In this document: one piece after another, positions 55,258 through 64,000 of the stretch
How positions within the stretch are numbered: position 1 is the stretch's first letter
How the letters are laid out: every line of letters starts with the position of its first letter
Assembly (NCBI GenBank): GCA_951406725.2
Contig: CATOCA020000001.1
Location: 6,200,001 to 6,264,000, forward strand
From: Octopus vulgaris
Lineage: Eukaryota
Reading direction: 5' to 3'
Length of the DNA: 64,000 bases
The notes under the pieces: generated by a model
The model's database searches: none
Told to the model about the DNA's origin: nothing
The model's input: the letters and a program-made list of their open reading frames with translations, nothing else
Made by a program: the position numbers and the translations under genes

Positions 55258-55420
55258 AAGGCGACGTTTTTTTTTATTCTAGGTCATACGGGGTTGATTG
55301 CATATTCAGAATCTCCCATATGTAAATCGTAGGAATTCCAAAGTATTTTTCCTGAAAATTGTCCGGGGGGGGGGCAAAGAAATTCATTGCATGTCCAGTC
55401 CCGGAAGTCACCGCACGCCA

Positions 55421-55477
<57 letters not shown>

Positions 55478-55538
55478 TTAGATATATACATATACATGAA
55501 TATATACGTATATATTATTCTGATAACTGTGTGTGCGT

Positions 55539-55595
<57 letters not shown>

Positions 55596-56311
55596 CATAC
55601 ATATACACACACATACAGAGATATCACAATTTGTAAAATTGTACTTAGATTATTTCAAGTTAATTTCAGTTTCGCGGATGCAAACAGTCTCATACATTTA
55701 CGCATACACACACACACAAACACACACAAAACCCACTACATCTTCTTTCTCCCGCCCTCCCTCTCTCTTTCTATCACTTTCTTTCCCCTCTCTCATTTAC
55801 ACTCTTCCACTAGCACCGCCCATCTTTGACTGGTGACGCAAACTTTTCATATCGCTTTCATATAATGAGAAACAAAGACGCCAATCTATATCTACACACA
55901 CAAACACACACACACACAGACATATATATATATATATATATATGCATAATTGTGTGCGTTGTGTTCCGCTACTTCAATGAAAAAATGTATGGTAAATAAA
56001 CAAATGACGTAACATATATATATATATATATGCGCAAATATATATATAAACATTCACTAACTCTTACGAACAGAGGTGAAACCAATTCTTTGGTAAGTTA
56101 CGATTTTCATTATATTATATCGGCCTTCTATTGGCCATCGTCAAGCCTCCTCAACGGCATTTAGGATGGTAGCATAATTTCGGACAAATATTAAGGTTTT
56201 ATCCAAAAGTATTTGTGATATTGACGGGTAATCATTTGATACTGTTTTATAATTTAGAGTTGAGGAATTATGTATGATATTTGAATTGGACGGGTAGATG
56301 TCTACACTTTA

Positions 56312-56372
56312 TTGTTAATAGGACATCTGAAGAAGGCTGGAGAATTCCTCAGCCGAAACGTTGTAGTAACAA
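56312..56372 (+). ncRNA. Hammerhead-like motif (probable Penelope pLTR relic)
   Basis: CTGAAGA-A-GGCTG..CAGCC-GAAA-CGTTG-TA; stem I is poorly paired. Confidence 0.6.
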
Positions 56373-57124
56373 CTAACAAGATGAGGACACCTGTCTGTCG
56401 ATTGTAATTATTCTTATCTACTCTAGTCACAAAGCCCGAAATTTTGGGGTAGAGCCCAATTGATTAGATCGACCCCACTATGCAACGGGTACTTACTGTT
56501 TCAAACCCGAAAGGATGAAAGGTAAAGTCGAAATCGGCGGAATTTTGAACTCATAACGTAAAAACAGAAAGCTAAGCATTTTGCCCTGCGTGCAAACGTT
56601 TCTGCCTACTCGGCGCCTTGTCCATTGTAAATATTGCAATAATTTGACATGTCAAACTGAAGGAAATTCGTGCGTCTATGGTGGAAAGAGGGAAACCAAA
56701 AATAACATCTCAAGTGCAATTCCATAGCGGGAGCTCAACGTTATTCCTGACAGGGTGTATAATACGGTCAACAATGCATTAACTAATTCGACCCAAGTCG
56801 GATTTTCTGGGGCAAATGAGTCGGATGGAAAGCCTAGAATAGAAGTTATAACCTCCCTCTCATACCCTTATCTGATATCGAACCGCTTAAGTCCATCCTT
56901 TTTTCACTAATTTAACTTGGACATAAACTAATCCACTTTCTACCACTCTCACCTTTAATACCATCAGTGGTCTTATGATCTTGAAATTTTTTTCTCCATC
57001 CTGCAACTATTCTCTGTCTAAACATCCCTAACTCCCCTTCCTATTAAATGTAGCCCTCTATAAAATCAATCAGTCTTAAACCTATATCATGACAACATTT
57101 TAAATGCAAAATTTTTAATATAAA

Positions 57125-57216
57125 CTTCTTCCCCCGGAGAGGTGATGTTATCCAACAATGGACCCTGATATCTGTCGTATATCAGGACCACAAAGATCCC
57201 TGAAACGGCCGTAGAA
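57125..57216 (+). ncRNA. Degenerate hammerhead-like motif
   Basis: GAAA-CGGCCG-TA (palindromic stem III) and an internal hairpin CCTGATAT/ATATCAGG, but the 5' core reads CCGGAGA. Confidence 0.4.
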
Positions 57217-57507
57217 CATTTAAAACTCTACGTATACTATTTGTGATACTGTTTTATCTGAAAATTGGACTATGTCTTCTTAATATCCATACACATTTAC
57301 CTTTTTGTTTTCGATTCAATGTATCTTCATATGTAAATGTAAATAAATATCTAATTTGCTTGTCGTTTCTTTACATATCTAAAGTCTCAAGTTCTAATCT
57401 CTTCAGCACTTCGAAGTGTTTCTATATATAGTGAACACCTTTATTTAAAGTAGAAAATAATATATATGAATATGTATGTATATATATAAACACATATACA
57501 TACGCAC

Positions 57508-57555
<48 letters not shown>

Positions 57556-58467
57556 ATATTTATATTAAGGGCATTTCTATATAGAAATGCCTCGCGCTAA
57601 GGGGGACTCTTGAAGTCAACACTACTATAATAACCACATTGTATCAAACGCAAGGATACATGTGTTCGTCTGGTAAATTGATTTTTGATAATTTTTATAT
57701 GTCTTGACTAAGGTTGCGCCGATGAGTGAAAAGTGCATTTTCTTCACTAATTACGAAATCATATTCAGCTAAGTCTGTTTCTGGAGGCTCGCTTTGAGAG
57801 TTGCATTCCCTCGCGGTTTGTACAATGTGGGCATTATAGTAGTTTTGACTTCAAGAGACCCTCCTAGCGTGAGGCATTTATGTATAGTAATGCCCTTAAT
57901 ATATATAAATTTATTCATAGGGAATAATTAATAAGTTATCCCTTCTGAGGTTTTTCATAATAACTACTTAATAAATCCTCGTAAAAATTTTATCCTATAT
58001 TTCAATTATATATATTTATTAGTAGCCCCAAACTTACTTTGTTATATATATACACACACACACACACACTTATGTATATATATATATATTTTTTTTTTAC
58101 ATATATGTATATATCTATGTATATGTGAGCGTGTGTATGTATATGTGTATGTGTTTCAGTTTTTCCACTATGACCGCTTGGGAACAGGTTCCGATTTTTT
58201 GGGTCCCAGTAATTTGGCCGATCGGTATCTTGTTAAGTTCCTTACAACCACTTGAAACTTTTCAAATTTTTACCACATCATTTTCAAAGTATTTACTTCT
58301 GATGCAGAATTGCCTGCCGCTGGCGATAATTGCATTCATGTTTTTCTTTTTTCTGGTAATTAATAATGAAGATATCAAAAGTATAAAGTTTTAGCCTAAA
58401 GACACATGGAGAGTAAACCACGTAGAATATCCCTTTCATTCTTCTGCTAGTAGCAGAATAATTCAGG

Positions 58468-59345
58468 CCTAGATGCCATTTAATAAATTGATGGTTCATC
58501 TTGATAGTAAGGTCAGACTTATATGTCGGAGAGATCTATGAAAATTAACAATTACATCATGTGATATATTACAATAATGATTGTAGATGTAGGTTTCAGG
58601 ACTAATGAATGCCCATTACTTGAACATTTGCGCTATCAGCCCTATCGTAAGCATTTGAGACAATGATATTCCATTGTCTCACACCCTACCGTCTTAACCA
58701 CGGAAAGAATAGTACACACATTACGATGTAAATAAATCGACGGGATGATCATGACCGAAACGCCTCTGATCTTCGTCTTGTCATCAGAGAACAACAAGAA
58801 TACTTTACAACCAACTGAAATATATTCTGTGAAACAAGGAAAATTCGTCGGCTTTGCATTTTAGTAATTAGAGAGATGAGGTCGTTTATTTGAGCAGATA
58901 TCGCCATTCCAATAATCGATAAAAACAATGGCGTTTGTTTTACAAAAACCTTCAAGTAGTTAAGAATATTCTCTGGGTGTTGCCAGGACATATGAAAAAT
59001 AAATTTTGTAATATAAAAGAAGTCGAGTACACATGAAGTCGTGATTGGGGTACAAGGTCGTGATTTCAAATACAGGACCGAGATGTGTATTGCGCACTAG
59101 ATACTTCATCTCATGTTACACAGCGACCATTTCAACACTTGACGTGTAGGAATGGTGACTAGCTGGAAAATGGATTTATTTTCCGGATATTAAAGAATTT
59201 CAGCCAATCACGTACATCAAGGGAAAATACTGCCACTCTCGTTTAAAAAAATATAGAGAATTATTACAACAGCGTATTTCATTCAGTATGCATTTCGGAT
59301 AGCAGCCGGAACGTGAGACTAAAAATTTATATGAGGCAATAGAAT
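58468..59345 (+). repeat. Older direct duplication, partner 61086-61980
   Basis: Collinear from CCTAGATG.CATTTAATAAATTGATGG to CAATAGAAT, with many substitutions. Confidence 0.88.
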
Positions 59346-59429
59346 ATTCAGATAAGTGGATAAAACTTTTAATTTCTGTAGAAAATTTCAAACTGAAGTA
59401 ATATTTGGAGTCGGCGTTATAGAGGTAAA

Positions 59430-59830
59430 CCAATTTTTGTTACTTTTCTTTTAATATTTAACATTTGTATCTAAACACACATGTATATATGATTTATTTC
59501 TCCCTCTCTCTATATATTTCTATTACTACGGAACTTCATAGAATAACCATGTTCCTGACTATCATTTGTCGGTGAGCATTTGGTTCCTAGCAACCATAAC
59601 ATTGTTACATGCACGTCAGAATTATTATTTAAATATTTGTTTGTCCTGTTCATCCTATATATAGACTTATACATAAACACACATGCATAGGCGTGGCTAT
59701 GTGGTAAGAAACATGGTTCGCAAGTAGATAGTTCCAGGTTCAGTTTCACTGTATGGCAATTTGGGAAAGTGTCTTCTACTATAGCCTCGGGCTGACCAAA
59801 GCCTTACGAGTGGATTTGGTAGACGGATAT
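59430..59830 (+). repeat. Older direct duplication, partner ~60675-61075
   Basis: Shared GGTGAGCATTTGGTTCC..TTTGTTTGTCCTGTTCATCCTATATATAGACTTATAC plus a SINE head. Confidence 0.85.
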
Positions 59831-59843
59831 CGAAAGAAGTTCG

Positions 59844-59885
<42 letters not shown>

Positions 59886-60135
59886 AGCATATGTGTGTGT
59901 GCGTGATTTTGTTTGTGTATGTGTGTTTCTGTCTTTGCAACTATGTTTGTTACCACCTTGACAGCAGGTTTTTTACGCTCCCATCCTTAACATTGTGGTT
60001 CGGCAAAAGAGGCCAATAAAATAAGTACTTGGCTTACAAAGAATAATCCCTGATGTCAATGTATTGGGCTTAAAGGCTTATGATATTGTGCTCCAGCATG
60101 GACGCAGGCAAATGACTTCAACAAGTAAAAGAATT
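59685..60135 (+). mobile_element. Diverged tRNA-derived SINE; head-only copy at ~60930-61075
   Basis: GGCGTGGCTATGTGGTAAG..AGGTTCAGTTTC..GTGTCTTCTACTATAGCCTCGGG..CAAGTAAAAGAA. Confidence 0.8.
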
Positions 60136-62088
60136 AAAGAAAACGTATACACATTTATATATGTGTGTGCTTATGTGTGTGTATATATCTAAATGCGTAT
60201 GAATACATATATAAGTATTTATATACCTATATATATATACGTGTGTGTGTGTGTGAATGTTTCGCCTCGTACACTTGTGCATGTATACACACGCACACAA
60301 ATACATTCATATATACATATATATATACATATTTTTAAATTTTTTTTTATATATATACAAACGTACATACATACACACACTCATATGCACACACACTCAT
60401 ACACACACATATCTTTGTGCGTAATTGTGTATGTATATATATCCTCATGCATTTTGATATAACCATACTTGATTACATATGACACCGTGTAGCATATCTT
60501 TGTCCTAAAATCCTAGATTGCCGCCTATAAAGTGGTTTCTGGCTTAGGTAGAATGCCAGTGGTTGTGTTTTGTGGGGGAGGTGGACAGTCGACTAATTGG
60601 ACTTCAGCACCTCTGAGAAATGAAAGGCAAAGGGGAGTTCGACAGGAAAGGACCTCAGAACGTAAAGAGACAATTCCATTTTTGTTATTTTTCATTTAAG
60701 ATTTAACATTTATATACACACACACATATATATATGATTTAATTTTTCCATCTCCCTTTATCTTTCTATAACTATGCAACTAAATAGAATAACGTTGTTC
60801 CCGACGATCATTTGTTGGTGAGCATTTGGTTCCAAGCAACCATAACGTTGTTACACGCATGTAAAAACTATTAGTTAAACATTTGTTTGTCCTGTTCATC
60901 CTATATATAGACTTATACATAAACACACATGCATAGACGTGGCTGTGTGGTAAGAAACTTGCTCCGCAAGCACTTGGATCCAGGTTTGGTTTCGCTGCAT
61001 GGCAATCTGGGAAAGTTTCTTCTACTATAGCCTCGGTCCGAGCAAAAACTTGTGAGTGGGTATTGTAGACGGACCCTAAGGAAGACCTAGATGTCATTTA
61101 ATAAATTGATGGTTCATCTTGATAGAAAGGTCGAACTTATACATCGGAAAGATCTATGAAAATTAACATCCACATCATGTGATGTATTACAATAATGATT
61201 GTAGATGTAGGTTTCAGGACTAATGAATGTCCATTACTTGTATATTTGCGCTATCAGCCCTATCGTAAGCATTTGAGACAATGATATTCCATTGTCTCAC
61301 GCCCTACCGTCTTAACCACGGAAAGAACACAACACCAATTGCAATATATGTAAATCGACGGGATGATCACGACGGAAACGCCTCTGATCATAGTCTTCTC
61401 GTCAGTGAACAACAAGCATCCTTTACAACCAACTGAAATATATTCTGGGAAACGAGGGAAATTCGTCGGGTTGGCATTTTAGTTACTCGAGAGATGAGGT
61501 CGTGTCTTTGAGCAGATATCGCCATCCCAATAATCGATAAAAACAATGGCGTTTGTTTTAGAAATGTGTCAAGTAGATAAGAATATTCTCTGGGTGTTGA
61601 CAGGACATATGAAAAATACCATTTTGGTAATATAATAGAAGTCGAGAATACATAACATCGTGGTTAAAGGTGCTGCTCTCGATAACAAGGTTGTGATTTC
61701 AAATCCTGCAACGGGAGGTGTATTGCGCGCAGAACACTTCATCTCATGTTGCACAGACACCATTTCAACACTTGTCGTGTAGGAATGGTGAATAGCTGGA
61801 AAATAGATTTATTTTCCAGATATTAAAGAATTTCAGCCAATCACAAACATCAAGGAAATTTACTGCCACTCTCGTTTTTAAAAAAAATAGAGAATTATTT
61901 CAAACGGGTATTTCATTGTGTATGCTTTTCGGATAGCAGCTGAAACGTGAGACAAAAATCTTATATGATTCAATAGAATTAGATGGCTAGAGTTGGAATG
62001 ACTTTGTGCAAAACTACGATCAGGGCAAACAACAACGTCGACCACAACACCCTAAGTAAAACACAAAAAATCAAACAAACATATGTAC

Positions 62089-62242
62089 CTAAGGTTGGCT
62101 TCGTTCTCAGACTTTGTATCACCACACCAAACTCCGTAATTTTCTGCGTCAGTCTTTCTATCAGTACATGATACAACGCCATATCGTTAGCTGACGAGAG
62201 GCATCTCTTAGGAGTAACGCTCAGATCGTTTTGGGGATCCAT
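62089..62242 (-). CDS. Possible first coding exon of an unidentified host gene
   Basis: Non-repetitive ATG-initiated frame MDPQNDLSVTPKRCLSSANDMALYHVLIERLTQKITEFGVVIQSLRTKPTL ending at a donor-like AG|GTACAT. No homology recognised. Confidence 0.25.
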
Positions 62243-62376
62243 GAAAATTCAGTGGGTGTTGCTTCAGTAAAACGCCTAGTAGATAAGAGTGATTCCTGGG
62301 TTGCTGTCACACCTACATATGCCATGTACCATGTTTAATAATATATTCTTCTATACACACCTGTGTATTAGTGAAT

Positions 62377-62433
<57 letters not shown>

Positions 62434-62450
62434 ATGTATTTATATGTATG

Positions 62451-62491
<41 letters not shown>

Positions 62492-62500
62492 ATGTATATG

Positions 62501-62539
<39 letters not shown>

Positions 62540-62870
62540 ATATATCTATATATATATATATAATGATATTATTGCTTCCAATAATATCAAGTCGCAAGCA
62601 TGCGTAAAAACAATCCCATAAGGTAAAGCCTCATTAATTAATAATTAAAGGTCCTACAAGCAGCAACAGCACACTAAAAATAGCAGCACGAAGAGAGAGA
62701 GAGAGAGAGGAAGAGAGAAAGACAAGGGGAGAAAAAGAGAGAGAAAAAGAAAGTGTGGAACAGAGAGAGAGGGAAAGAAAATGAAAGAAATAGAGAAAGA
62801 GAGAGAGATAAATCGAAGAATAATTAGACAGATAAACAAATAGAAACTTCTATAAATAGATTGATAGATA

Positions 62871-62921
<51 letters not shown>

Positions 62922-63166
62922 ACACACTCATACACACACACATACATATATAAATGGTAAAAAAACGCAATAGAAGACAATGAAAGATTCGGACTGATAG
63001 ACGATAGAAAGGCGGACAGGAGAAACACCGATTAGAAGGACAGGCAAAAAAAGACGGCTCTTTCGTGGCTTTCTTTCCTCAGTCAAGTCCCAGAAGTCAC
63101 GACCATCTCGGGCAGTTACACTTGAGATGGGTCGATCTGGTTGCCCCCATAAAAGTCTCTCTCTCT

Positions 63167-63224
<58 letters not shown>

Positions 63225-63241
63225 ATCTGTGTGTGTGTGTG

Positions 63242-63274
<33 letters not shown>

Positions 63275-63727
63275 GTGTATCTGCGTGTATTCATTCGTCT
63301 TTTTTCCTCCTCTCACCAATAAGGGGTTCAACACCCGCCAACGACCTTCGCTGACCATTCCGTCTACTTCCTGCCCGAATTTTTGATGCAATAATCAACT
63401 TGCATTTGTCAAACGAGACATTTGCGTCGTTCAAAATCCGCTTCCCAAGTTTCTTAGCACTTGCAAACACTTACTAAATTACGTAGCTGCACCAAGTGGG
63501 AAATTCCGTTTTAACCAGGGAAATATGTACAATTGTTCCGAGTATAAATTATTTGATAAACAATCCACTTGACAAACAGTAGATAAGTAGACATTTAATA
63601 ATTTTTAATCGAGAATAAGTGGAATAAGAAGAAACAGGTGGAGCAGAGAGACGCCCAGGAGATCATATTATGTGAGACGAAAGAATTCAAATAATAATAA
63701 TAATAATAATAATGATAATAATAATAA

Positions 63728-64000
63728 TATTGATATGACTGTCCCAATCGATATAAACGTATATGTGAAGACCTACCAAAAACTGAGCAAATATAAAGAT
63801 CTTGAAATAGAAATCAGCAAAATGTGGAAGCTGAAGACTAAAACAATACCTGTTGTCATAGGTGCCCTGGGAATGATAGCGAAAGGGGCTGACTGCTACC
63901 TAACTCAGATACCAGGAAACCACAAAATGGCAGAAATTCAAAAGATAGTGCTCATGGGAACTGCTCATATCCTACTCAAAATACTCTCTATGTAATCCCA
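63728..64000 (+). mobile_element. 5'-truncated R4/Dong LINE of a second family following (AAT)n; runs off the window
   Basis: IDMTVPID.NV..K.YQKLSKYKDLEIEISKMWKLKTKTIPVVIGALG..IQKIVLMGTAHIL, homologous to 18457-18725. Confidence 0.88.

Larger units (their letters stand above)
53419..55423 (+). mobile_element. Internally deleted hAT DNA transposon in (AT)n, with a nested SINE and MITE
   Basis: Termini CAGGGGCGTGC / GCACGCCACTG (11-bp TIR, 1 mismatch). Transposase-like pieces WDDTTINSAIGFLQTLKAPDFLFLLEVFSKIF (~54260-54355) and HYKMLYNKIISTIVDQIKARYS (~54860-54930). Confidence 0.78.

Noticed and set aside
58741-58795. Hammerhead-like GATGA..CGAAAC (also ~61360) and CTGACGA at ~62191
   Set aside because: Cores are incomplete and the stems are inconsistent between the duplicates.

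Overview
AT-rich, microsatellite-dense animal DNA. The SINE and MITE sequences look like octopus/coleoid cephalopod repeats (recognised from memory, not verified). I found no confidently identifiable host gene, and most short ORFs in the track are translated microsatellites. About 1-56 kb is a rearranged tandem array of a ~9.8 kb unit, with unit starts at 1, 9836, 31114 and 40445 and partial units between. The unit is built almost entirely from transposon debris: Penelope/Naiad GIY-YIG ends, Tx1-type LINE pieces, two tRNA-SINE families, a TcMar end, a piggyBac-like MITE and a fold-back (AAT)n/(ATT)n tract. Younger elements have inserted into the microsatellites of single copies: two tail-to-tail R4/Dong LINEs in (AAT)n, a Naiad-type Penelope in (AT)n, a Tx1 in (CTAT)n, a CR1/L2-group LINE with an uninterrupted APE-RT ORF2 in (AT)n, and a deleted hAT. 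Three signals stand out. (1) The intact ORF2 has no usable AUG and overlaps ORF1 in the -1 frame, with a U_UUU_UUA heptamer and a hairpin, suggesting programmed -1 frameshifting. (2) A canonical hammerhead ribozyme occurs twice in the array, with degenerate ones elsewhere. (3) The two Dong copies form a ~1.08 kb inverted repeat. Boundaries of degraded fragments are approximate.
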